Below, piece after piece: positions 25,970 through 34,373 of a DNA stretch of 64,000 nt. Within the stretch, counting starts at the first letter, position 1; each line of letters begins with the position of its first letter. Below the pieces are notes generated by a model. That model saw only the letters and a list, made by a program, of their open reading frames with translations, ran no database searches and was not told the DNA's origin. The stretch is from an uncultured Oscillospiraceae bacterium. Lineage in GTDB: Bacteria; Bacillota; Clostridia; RUG12999. The position numbers and the translations under genes were made by a program. The stretch is from positions 2,977 through 66,976 of the forward strand of contig CAYQKW010000003.1 in assembly GCA_964418245.1 (NCBI GenBank), read 5' to 3'.

Positions 25970-26863
25970 TTATCCTTTTACCGCGCCTATCATTACGCCC
26001 TTTGCAAAATATTTCTGTATGAACGGATATATGCAAAGTATCGGAACCATCGCTATAACAACCGCCGCCATTTGTGCGTTCTGCGGATTTATGTTAAGAC
26101 TTCTCATCATTTCGGAAACCGCGTCGTCCCCGAACTGTGCTTCGTTGAGCTGACCCATAACAACTATTTTTCTGAGCAGCATTTGAAGCGGATATTTTGA
26201 CGGGTCGTTCAAATACATTGATGCGTTGAACCAGCTGTTCCATATTTCCACTATTTTGAAAAGCCCATAAGTTGCGATTACCGGTTTTGAAAGCGGCATT
26301 ATAATTTTTAACCACACCGTGAAATCGTTTGCTCCGTCTATGCTTGCCGATTCTCTGAGTTCTTTCGGTATTCCGCAGAAAAAGCTTCTGAATACAAAAA
26401 CGTTGTAAGCACTTATGGCGCCCGGCAATACCATTGCCCATATCGTATCGAAAATGCCGAGTTTCTGATACATGATATACGTCGGAATTATACCGCCGCT
26501 TAAAAACATTGTTATAAGCACAAACACAGATATTCCTTTTCGCAGTACAAAATCGTTAATCGACAATGTATAACTGAGCATTGAAGTTCCGATAAGCATT
26601 ATCAGCGTACCGACAACAACATAAACTATTGTGTTTTTATATGCCACAAGAAAATCCGCATCTTTCATCATGAGTTTGTATCCGTTTATGTTAAACCCTT
26701 TCGGATACCATGTTACTTTACCGCCCGTTATCATGTCGTTGCTGCTGAAAGACGTTGCGACAACGTTGAGCATCGGGTAAAGCATTATAACAATCATAAA
26801 CAGCGTTATAAGTATAATAACCGCATCCGCTATCCTATCGGAAAGTTTTGTTTTTATCTTCAT
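25970..26863 (-). CDS. carbohydrate ABC transporter permease (LplC/MalG-like)
   Basis: 297 aa, six predicted TM segments. EAA-loop-like region ESASIDGANDFTVWLKIIMPLSKP. GGAGG RBS. Confidence 0.85.
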   Translation of the reverse strand: MKIKTKLSDRIADAVIILITLFMIVIMLYPMLNVVATSFSSNDMITGGKVTWYPKGFNINGYKLMMKDADFLVAYKNTIVYVVVGTLIMLIGTSMLSYTLSINDFVLRKGISVFVLITMFLSGGIIPTYIMYQKLGIFDTIWAMVLPGAISAYNVFVFRSFFCGIPKELRESASIDGANDFTVWLKIIMPLSKPVIATYGLFKIVEIWNSWFNASMYLNDPSKYPLQMLLRKIVVMGQLNEAQFGDDAVSEMMRSLNINPQNAQMAAVVIAMVPILCIYPFIQKYFAKGVMIGAVKG

Positions 26864-26878
26864 TTCAGTTCACCTCCG

Positions 26879-27847
26879 TTACCACATCGACTCGCCGGTA
26901 AGTTTGTCTGAAATCTTATTTGTGGTAATAAGAAGTACAGCCGAAACCGCCGATGTCAAAAGACCTATTGCCGCCGAATAACTGTATCTTGCACCCTCTA
27001 TACCTTCGCGGTATGAATACGTTGTTATAATATCCGCGACTTCATATGTCTGAGAGTTATACATAAGCAAGACTTTTTGATAATCTTGATTCAGCACCGA
27101 ACCCATTTGAAGTATCAAAAGCACCATTATTGTCGGTACAATAGCCGGAAGAGTTACGTAAACCAATTTGTGAAATCTGTTTGCTCCGTCAATTGTTGCC
27201 GCTTCGTAAAGCTGAACATCAACATTCGAGAGTGCCGCCAGATATACAATGCTGTTCCAGCCTATGTTCTGCCACAGTGCCGAACCGATAAACATTGTTC
27301 TGAACCACGACTTTTCCATGAAGAAATTAATTTTTTCGCCGCCCATTGACGCTATCATTTGATTAAACAACCCGTTTTCGGATGCGAAGTTTTTCAGCAT
27401 TCCGACAATGATAACCGACGAGATAAAATGCGGCAGATATGTAATTGTCTGCACCACTCTTTTATATCCCGGACTTTTCAGTTCATTCAGCAACAGTGCC
27501 AGAATGATAGGCGCCGGAAAGCTCCACACAATGGAATATATTGCTAATATAAATGTGTTTTTTATAAGCCGAAATGCATACGGATTTTTAAAGAAATCTA
27601 TAAAGTGTTTCAACCCCACCCATTTTCCGCTCAATATACCACTGCCTATTCTGTAGTTTTTAAATGCAATAAGCGCACCGTACATCGGAAGATAATTAAA
27701 CAGAAGTAGCAGTATACACGCCGGCAATGCCATTGCAATGAGTATCTTCTGATGATTCATCTTTTTAAAAAAGCCGCTTTCGCATCTCAGATCTTTTCCT
27801 CCCGTCATAATCTGTTTTTTTGCCAATTCATTCACTTGCCAAATCAT
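26879..27847 (-). CDS. carbohydrate ABC transporter permease (LplB/MalF-like)
   Basis: Motifs LFNYLPMYGALIAFKNY and EAATIDGANRFHKLVYVTLP. Start is uncertain: the ORF-track start 27895 is a TTG, and I chose ATG 27847 (AGGAAAGGA just upstream). Confidence 0.8.
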   Translation of the reverse strand: MIWQVNELAKKQIMTGGKDLRCESGFFKKMNHQKILIAMALPACILLLLFNYLPMYGALIAFKNYRIGSGILSGKWVGLKHFIDFFKNPYAFRLIKNTFILAIYSIVWSFPAPIILALLLNELKSPGYKRVVQTITYLPHFISSVIIVGMLKNFASENGLFNQMIASMGGEKINFFMEKSWFRTMFIGSALWQNIGWNSIVYLAALSNVDVQLYEAATIDGANRFHKLVYVTLPAIVPTIMVLLILQMGSVLNQDYQKVLLMYNSQTYEVADIITTYSYREGIEGARYSYSAAIGLLTSAVSAVLLITTNKISDKLTGESMW

Positions 27848-27911
27848 TCCTTTCCTGAGTAATCGGTTCAACAAAGGGGAAGCCCCATTATTCAACTTTA
27901 ATCATATAATG

Positions 27912-27941
27912 ATTATATCATACCCTTGTTATCATTGTCAA
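27912..27941 (-). promoter_or_regulatory. sigma-A promoter of the locus A transporter/surface-protein operon
   Basis: Minus strand: TTGACA (27941-27936), 18-nt spacer, TATAAT (27917-27912), with an extended -10 TG (TGATATAAT). Lies directly after the regulator gene terminator. Consensus match only. Confidence 0.5.
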
Positions 27942-28104
27942 TAAACATTATTTCGGATATATTCCATTTTTAACTCAGAATATGAAAAAAATAGTCGTTT
28001 TCGGCAATCAGTCATTTTTTTAGATTATTTTCATTTATTTTGATTGCACGTTTTAAATACCGTATTATACAGGCATTTGCGGTTCACTTTCAAAATCACT
28101 GTGC

Positions 28105-28146
28105 AAAAAAAGTTTGCGCAAAACCTTTTTTTGGTTTCACGCAAAC
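28105..28146 (-). terminator. Rho-independent terminator after the locus A regulator gene
   Basis: Minus strand: GTTTGCG-TG-AAACC-AAAAAAA-GGTTT-TG-CGCAAAC (7-bp + 5-bp interrupted stem) followed by TTTTTTT. Begins 8 nt after the stop codon at 28154. Confidence 0.55.
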
Positions 28147-28153
28147 CCACTTT

Positions 28154-30343
28154 TTATTCATCTGTTTTATCTTGCCGTACATTCGTTCTGTATTCCCTTG
28201 GCTGCATTCCGAAATATTTTTTAAACGAACGATTGAATGTAACGCTGCTTGGTATACCGACTTTCTCGGCAACTTCTGTTATCTTTGTTTTTTGATTCTC
28301 AAGCAGCAGTTCCGAAGCTTTCTGCATTCTTACTTCCATTATGTAATGCGATATATTCACGCCCGAATGTTTCTTGAAATATGTCGAAAGATAACTCGGC
28401 GTTATGCCAAACACATCCGCAATGCTGTCGAGCGACAGCTGTTCGGCATAATGCCTGCCGATATAGTCATGTATATCGGCATAAAGCTTTTCGGTTTTAT
28501 CCGATTCCGTTTCAAGTGCAACCGTTAAAAACTTATGGCGCAAAAGACCTATCATTGCATTTTTGTTATATATCGTATCAATATTAATAACCTCGGTTTC
28601 GGCGTTTTCTTCCCTGTTCCCCACACTTATTACAATATTAAGGAATTTTACAAGATATTCGCAGGTTTCTCTTGCCTCCGCAAAACTAACATCGTCAATC
28701 TTGTTTAAAAAATCATCAAAAAATGTATTTATCCCTTCAATATTTCCCTGCCGCAGGTAACTTAACAGCATATTTTGTTCACTTATATCCATAATCTTGC
28801 GTTTAGTGGTTTTTGTATCCGCATTTTTACCGTAAACATTAATGCTTGCACCGTTCATATCTTTTATGAGCTGGCTTTCGAGTGCGCACTCACTCTGTTT
28901 GAAATACTTATATGTATTTTTTACATCGTCAAACAGCATACTGACGCCGCCCGCCATGAATACGTTTTCTTCGCACTCGGTTTTTACTTCTTTTACAATT
29001 CTGTGAAGTTCATCGTAAAAATCATTAAAACCACCCATATCAATGAGATATACATCGGCATTTTTTAAAATACTGTTAATATTAATCGCATTATAACTTT
29101 CTGACAGTTTTTCTCCGAACATTCGGCTTCCCTGTGCAGACTTATTACCGTAATCGTCTTCAAGCACCATATACAGTACAACCATTGTACCGAAACTCTC
29201 GGTCATTTCTTTGACTGCCACCCAATCGACATTTTCGTTATCGTTGCCGCACAGATACAAAAACGTGCTTTTTCGCAGAATATTTTTTGTTTCAAGGAGT
29301 TCTTTATCCGAAAGATTGTTATCGTTCAAAACTTCATTGATAACATCTTCACCATTGCTTGTTCCCTCATATTTTTTCATAATTGCGCCGACAGGTTTGT
29401 AAATATTCACATTTTGCACCAAAAACAATATATTTACGGCAACAAACAGGAATATAACAAAAAACCATTCCCATATAAAGCTCTGCATTCTGTAATAAGT
29501 TTGTTTTGAAATCAAACTTATCACTCGCATTTCGTTACCCATTGCACCCTCTGTGTACGCATAAAAATTGTTTCCGGAAAGTTTTACGCTTATATTTTTA
29601 TTATCGGCAAGCTTCAAGAGCGTTTTCATATCGCCTTCTTCAAGTTCGACGCTTTTGGCAAACACACCGTTTCTAAACAGCACCACGGTATCATATGTAT
29701 TTTCGGGCATAAGCATTTCTTCAAATCCTGTTCTGTATATTTTGGCTATAACGGAACAGCGCGAGTTCACCTCAAGATTATATATTATGCACTCATCGAA
29801 AATGATATAATTCTCATTTTCCAAAATTCCGATGTCGTTTCCCGAAACCACATTTTTATCCGCATATGCACTCGTCATTCCTTCGGGGTTTCCAAGTACG
29901 GTCTTTAGTATATTCTGATTGAACAGCCCATCTTTACTGATGATTTTTTCGGAATTTGTCATATTAACATAAAATTCTATACTATACGGAAACGATTTTT
30001 CCGTAAGATTAATTTTATCTTTCATTCCGTTTATGACATCACCTTTGTTTATATCTTCCTCTTTTGTCATGGAATAAAACTGCCATATATTATCATCGTT
30101 TCCGAGTACACCGCACACCGTTCGTATTCTTTCAAGCTCGTTTGCAAGTTTTTCTTGAACTGCGCTTTGCTGCATAATATTAAGTTCTTTTACATCTGCC
30201 TGTTCCTTTTTCAGCACAAAGAAATAGTTCATTATAAATATAACAAGCATGAATATTACAAACAGTGCATTTGTAAACAGCAACTGTTTTGATATGCTGC
30301 GCATTACGCGTTTCTTTCTAAAAAACATATACTTTAACTCCAT
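28154..30343 (-). CDS. membrane-spanning AraC-family one-component regulator (TM - ~250-aa extracytoplasmic domain - TM - cytoplasmic domain - AraC HTH)
   Basis: Hydrophobic segments LLFTNALFVIFMLVIFIMNYFFVL (aa ~20-43) and FIWEWFFVIFLFVAVNILFLV (aa ~290-312). C-terminal AraC-type double HTH (YIGRHYAEQLSLDSIADVFGITPSYLSTYFKK...EVAEKVGIPSSVTFNRSFKKYFGMQPREYR). No receiver or histidine-kinase motifs. The start may be ATG 30328 (GGAG 9 nt upstream) rather than 30343. Confidence 0.75.
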   Translation of the reverse strand: MELKYMFFRKKRVMRSISKQLLFTNALFVIFMLVIFIMNYFFVLKKEQADVKELNIMQQSAVQEKLANELERIRTVCGVLGNDDNIWQFYSMTKEEDINKGDVINGMKDKINLTEKSFPYSIEFYVNMTNSEKIISKDGLFNQNILKTVLGNPEGMTSAYADKNVVSGNDIGILENENYIIFDECIIYNLEVNSRCSVIAKIYRTGFEEMLMPENTYDTVVLFRNGVFAKSVELEEGDMKTLLKLADNKNISVKLSGNNFYAYTEGAMGNEMRVISLISKQTYYRMQSFIWEWFFVIFLFVAVNILFLVQNVNIYKPVGAIMKKYEGTSNGEDVINEVLNDNNLSDKELLETKNILRKSTFLYLCGNDNENVDWVAVKEMTESFGTMVVLYMVLEDDYGNKSAQGSRMFGEKLSESYNAININSILKNADVYLIDMGGFNDFYDELHRIVKEVKTECEENVFMAGGVSMLFDDVKNTYKYFKQSECALESQLIKDMNGASINVYGKNADTKTTKRKIMDISEQNMLLSYLRQGNIEGINTFFDDFLNKIDDVSFAEARETCEYLVKFLNIVISVGNREENAETEVINIDTIYNKNAMIGLLRHKFLTVALETESDKTEKLYADIHDYIGRHYAEQLSLDSIADVFGITPSYLSTYFKKHSGVNISHYIMEVRMQKASELLLENQKTKITEVAEKVGIPSSVTFNRSFKKYFGMQPREYRTNVRQDKTDE

Positions 30344-32097
30344 TATCCGTTTTTAATCAACATCAGTTTGCTAACACCGAGCCCCGCCGTATCATCCGGA
30401 TTTATATTTTCGGCAAATAATTTGACAGTGTTCACACCTTTTGTCAACTGTATTTTGCCGAGAACGCTTCCCGTTTCGGAAAAATATTTTTTGTTTGCCC
30501 CTCTTGATTGTACATCCGCTTTAAGCACACAGGGTCGATATTCTTTTTCGCCGCACACAAGTTTTACGGTATGACCTCCCGTCCACGGTTTATATTTCTG
30601 CGTTAATGTATACAAAACCGCTTTATATTCACCGCTTTCCGCAACCTTGAACGTCCATTCCACATAATTTCGGTTATCAAACCATTTTTCAATAACCCCG
30701 GCAACGCTTACCGACATATCTTCCGACGCGGCAAGATTATATTTTTCTGCCGCAACCGCCGCATCGTCTTCGTCAATATCCGCGGCTTTGTGGGTGCTTT
30801 GCTTCACAACCTCGCACAGTGCCGCCGGCAATACAACCGTGCCTTTTTCCTGGCTGTAAACACCTTTTTCCACTTCGGGTTCTCCGTCTGTTTCGATTTT
30901 TACAACCGTAACGTATTTACCGAAATCTTCTTTGGTCATTTCAAAATGCAAACCGTCGGAATTTTCAAAATGCAGGTTTTCTCCGCCGAGAACGCTTATA
31001 TTTTTTATTTTGTTTTTAATTCCGTAAATATCTATTTTTTTCGTTTCATCATAGATATAAAGATAAATTGCATTCCCCTTGCGGCTTGCTCCGCCGAATG
31101 TAAAATCGCATTCAAAAGGCGATGCTTCCGTACCCTCAACCGCTTCGCCGTTCACGGCATACCATTCTGCCAGTTCCTCCAATATATGTATGCTTTCCTC
31201 CGGGATTTCTCCATCGGCTTTCGGACCGATATTCAAAAGCAGATTTACTCCTTTGGACATAAGTCCGCACAAAAGTTCTATTATTTCTTTGGGTGATTTG
31301 AAATTTTTATCATCTCTTTTATATCCCCATGTATTGTTCATTGTTGATGCCGTTTCCCAGCAGCCATCCGGCTTTCCTGCCGGTATCTGATTGTCGCCGA
31401 AACAGCCGAAGTCACCCATATTGGGCGTACATCCTATTCTTCCGCTTATCAAGCAATTTGGTTGAAAACTTTTTACATACGCTTTCAAATCCTCGGTTCT
31501 TTCGTCGGTCATTCGGTTCGGAACGTCCATCCACACAAGACCAATATCACCGTAATTTGTCAAAAGTTCTTTCAGCTGATATTTGCATTTTCCGTTAAGA
31601 TATGCATCAATATCACGTTCCTCTTCCGGCGTATCAAAATCCCACGTGTTGCCTATGGCATCTTTTTCATGAAAATCGAGTGCCTGAGAATAATACAAAC
31701 ACGGCACTATCCCCTCTTCTCTCATTGCTTCCGTAATTTCTTTTACCACATCTCTTTTGCACGGACTGCGTTTTACGATACTGTAATCATCGTATGATGT
31801 ATCGTACATTGCAAAGCCCTCGTGATGTTTTGATGTGAACACGCAGTATTTCATGCCGGCTTTTTTTGCCATTACGGCAATTTTTTTCGCATCGAATTTT
31901 TCGCAGGTCATTTTTTCGGCAAGTTTTTCATAATCGCCGAGTGCAATTTTTTCTTTTGCCGCAATCCATTCACCTATACCGGGGGTTTCTTTTCCTTTCC
32001 AATATCCCTCTGTCGCCGCATAAAGCCCCCAGTGAATAAACAATCCGAACCGTGCTTTTTTAAACCACTCTATTTTTTTATCATCAGCATTTAACAT
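30343..32097 (-). CDS. alpha-L-fucosidase (GH29), cytoplasmic, with C-terminal beta-sandwich (CBM-like) domain
   Basis: N-terminal GH29 signature WFKKARFGLFIHWGLYA and LVWMDV. No signal peptide. Start set to ATG 32097 (GGAGGGG 5 nt upstream). The stop overlaps the regulator start (TAATG). Confidence 0.85.
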   Translation of the reverse strand: MLNADDKKIEWFKKARFGLFIHWGLYAATEGYWKGKETPGIGEWIAAKEKIALGDYEKLAEKMTCEKFDAKKIAVMAKKAGMKYCVFTSKHHEGFAMYDTSYDDYSIVKRSPCKRDVVKEITEAMREEGIVPCLYYSQALDFHEKDAIGNTWDFDTPEEERDIDAYLNGKCKYQLKELLTNYGDIGLVWMDVPNRMTDERTEDLKAYVKSFQPNCLISGRIGCTPNMGDFGCFGDNQIPAGKPDGCWETASTMNNTWGYKRDDKNFKSPKEIIELLCGLMSKGVNLLLNIGPKADGEIPEESIHILEELAEWYAVNGEAVEGTEASPFECDFTFGGASRKGNAIYLYIYDETKKIDIYGIKNKIKNISVLGGENLHFENSDGLHFEMTKEDFGKYVTVVKIETDGEPEVEKGVYSQEKGTVVLPAALCEVVKQSTHKAADIDEDDAAVAAEKYNLAASEDMSVSVAGVIEKWFDNRNYVEWTFKVAESGEYKAVLYTLTQKYKPWTGGHTVKLVCGEKEYRPCVLKADVQSRGANKKYFSETGSVLGKIQLTKGVNTVKLFAENINPDDTAGLGVSKLMLIKNG

Positions 32098-32151
32098 TAT
32101 TTCCCCTCCGAACATTTTTGCATATTGGCTTCCGCACATTGTACATATATA

Positions 32152-32180
32152 ATTTTATCATTATTAATCCGTAATGTCAA
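32152..32180 (-). promoter_or_regulatory. sigma-A promoter for the GH29-regulator transcription unit
   Basis: Minus strand: TTGACA (32180-32175), 17-nt spacer, TAAAAT (32157-32152), preceded by TG (TGATAAAAT). Confidence 0.45.
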
Positions 32181-32341
32181 TAAATATTTCTTCAAAAAAT
32201 ATCAAATTATTATTATTTATGAAAAATATTTCTTTTCATTTTTTCGGATAATGTTCATTTTTTTGATTTCCGACACTTTCGGTTTGAAATATTTTTCATA
32301 AATAACACATACACATAGCACTTTCAAACATATAATTTATC

Positions 32342-33808
32342 ATGAAAAAATTTTTACTGAACACGTTAATACTCACAGGGACGTCATTTTTTCTGCAATT
32401 TTCATGGCTTGTGTTTAATATATACATATCGCAGAAATCGGGAGCTGCGGGCATGGGACTTTATCAGCTTGTCATGTCTGTTTACAGATTTGCGGTGACT
32501 TTTGCAATATCGGGAATAGGGCTTACAGCAACAAAGACGGTTGCCGAAGAAAAAGCACACGGCGGAAACGTGCGCGGTGTCATGAAACACTGTCTTATAT
32601 ACGCATTTTGTTTCGGATTTGCCGCACAGCTTTTGATGCTGTGCTTCGGTGATTTTATCGGTACGTATTTTTTAGGTGATGCGCGCACAGCTTTTTCACT
32701 AAAAATAATCGGCATAAGCCTGCCGTATCTTTCGATGTCTGCCTGCATCGGCGGATATTTCACGGCAGAAAACAAGATTACATATTATTCCCTTTGTCAA
32801 ATTTCCGAATTGCTTATACGTATGTCGGTGACTGTATTTTTGCTTGAAAAAGTCATTTCTCCGACTGCCGCAAACACATGTGCTTCAATAACGCTGGGCG
32901 GCTGTGCCGGTGAGATAATATCTTTTGCGATAAGTTTTGCACTGTATATACATGACAAAAAATATGCGGCGGATTCCGGAAAAACAAATGCGAAAGTAAT
33001 AAAAACCGCACTTCCGCTTGCCATAAGTTCATATGTACGTTCCGGGCTTTCTTCCGCCGAGCATATGCTCATTCCGCCCGGATTTGAAAAATTCGGCATG
33101 AGCCGAAAAGAATCACTTGAAAAATATGGAATTGTCCACGGAATGGCGATGCCGGTTATAATGTTTGCCTCTGCATTTTTGAACTCTGCCGCATCGCTTA
33201 TTATACCGAAACTTTCGGAATGTGCCGCAAAAAAAGAAACAAAAAGAATTAATTATATTGTTACGGAAAATTTCAAATATACAATGATTTTTTCAATTTA
33301 TATAAGCATTATAATGCTTGTGTTCGGCGACCTTATTTCCGCCGCGGTATATAAAAACCGCGAGATTTCGCTGTATATAAAACTTCTTGCGCCGCTTGCC
33401 GCGGTTATGTATCTTGACAACAGCGTTGACGGTATGCTGAAAGGGCTGAACGAACAAGTGAAATCAATGGAATATAATATCATAGATTCCGGAATAAGCC
33501 TTATTCTTGTATGTATACTCATTCCGCATTTCGGAATCGGCGGATATATGATAGTTATATTTATAAGCGAAATTTTGAATGCAACGCTAAGCATTATGCG
33601 GCTTATAAAAATCACGGATTTTAAAGCGGAACTTTTTAAAAACATTGCGGTTCCGCTCATCTGTGCCTCAATATCCGCTTTTGCCGCAAAAATAACCCTG
33701 CCCGTTAAAGTGGGGTATATAGGTTTGATTACCGTTACCGCAGTATCCGGGCTGTTTTATTTCGCGCTTATATCGTTTATTCTTCCGAAAGACCGCAGAG
33801 CTGATTGA
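32342..33808 (+). CDS. MOP-superfamily flippase, SpoVB/MurJ-like (probable stage V sporulation protein B)
   Basis: 488 aa with about 14 hydrophobic segments. N-terminal pattern LILTGTSFFLQFSWLVFNIYISQKSGAAGMGLYQLV resembles SpoVB/polysaccharide-biosynthesis proteins. No Shine-Dalgarno sequence upstream. Confidence 0.6.
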   Translation: MKKFLLNTLILTGTSFFLQFSWLVFNIYISQKSGAAGMGLYQLVMSVYRFAVTFAISGIGLTATKTVAEEKAHGGNVRGVMKHCLIYAFCFGFAAQLLMLCFGDFIGTYFLGDARTAFSLKIIGISLPYLSMSACIGGYFTAENKITYYSLCQISELLIRMSVTVFLLEKVISPTAANTCASITLGGCAGEIISFAISFALYIHDKKYAADSGKTNAKVIKTALPLAISSYVRSGLSSAEHMLIPPGFEKFGMSRKESLEKYGIVHGMAMPVIMFASAFLNSAASLIIPKLSECAAKKETKRINYIVTENFKYTMIFSIYISIIMLVFGDLISAAVYKNREISLYIKLLAPLAAVMYLDNSVDGMLKGLNEQVKSMEYNIIDSGISLILVCILIPHFGIGGYMIVIFISEILNATLSIMRLIKITDFKAELFKNIAVPLICASISAFAAKITLPVKVGYIGLITVTAVSGLFYFALISFILPKDRRAD

Positions 33809-34373
33809 TAACATCCCATGCAATATCCGTATTTAATCCGGTTTGAGCCGAAAACGGTATAAGCACATCTTCTTCGCCCATCATAAGTGTTTCAAAAATA
33901 AGCGAAAGATTTTCTTCAAGTGCGTTTTTTGAAAGCTTATCCGCCTTTGTCGCAAAAACAATAAGCTGTCCGTGGCTGTGCTGAATCCAGCGTGCCATCG
34001 TTATGTCGTCTTTTGACGGTTTATGCCGTGCATCTACGAGCAGAATTGTGTTTACAAGCTGCTCTCTTGTATTGAGATACTCATCAATCATTTGACCCCA
34101 TTTTTCTTTTTCTTTTTTCGACACTTCGGCATAACCGTAGCCCGGAAGGTCAACAAGATGAATTGTTTCATCAATGTTATAAAAATTAATCTGCGCCGTT
34201 TTGCCGGGTTTTCCGCTTGTTCGTGCAAGATTTTTACGGTTAAGTATTTTGTTTATAAATGAACTTTTGCCGACATTAGACCTGCCGGCAAACGCAAGTT
34301 CCGGTATGTTTTCTTTCGGATATTGTTTTGGGCTTACAGCCGAAACAACAATTTTTGCATTGTGTATATTCAT
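33777..34373 (-). CDS. engB: ribosome-biogenesis GTPase EngB/YsxC
   Basis: G1 motif GRSNVGKSS, LVDLPGYGYA, TKADK (G4). Start at ATG 34373 (MNIHNAK) overlaps the upstream stop as ATGA. The ORF-track 277-aa version is an upstream extension through the preceding gene. Confidence 0.9.
   Translation of the reverse strand: MNIHNAKIVVSAVSPKQYPKENIPELAFAGRSNVGKSSFINKILNRKNLARTSGKPGKTAQINFYNIDETIHLVDLPGYGYAEVSKKEKEKWGQMIDEYLNTREQLVNTILLVDARHKPSKDDITMARWIQHSHGQLIVFATKADKLSKNALEENLSLIFETLMMGEEDVLIPFSAQTGLNTDIAWDVINQLCGLSEE

Noticed and set aside
27960-28110. Shared 9-mer TTGCACAGT upstream of both transporter promoters (locus A near 28097-28105, locus B near 54097-54105) as a common regulator site.
   Set aside because: It lies at very different distances from the -35 boxes (about 160 nt versus about 20 nt). 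A single 9-mer match between two ~150-250-nt AT-rich regions is within chance expectation.
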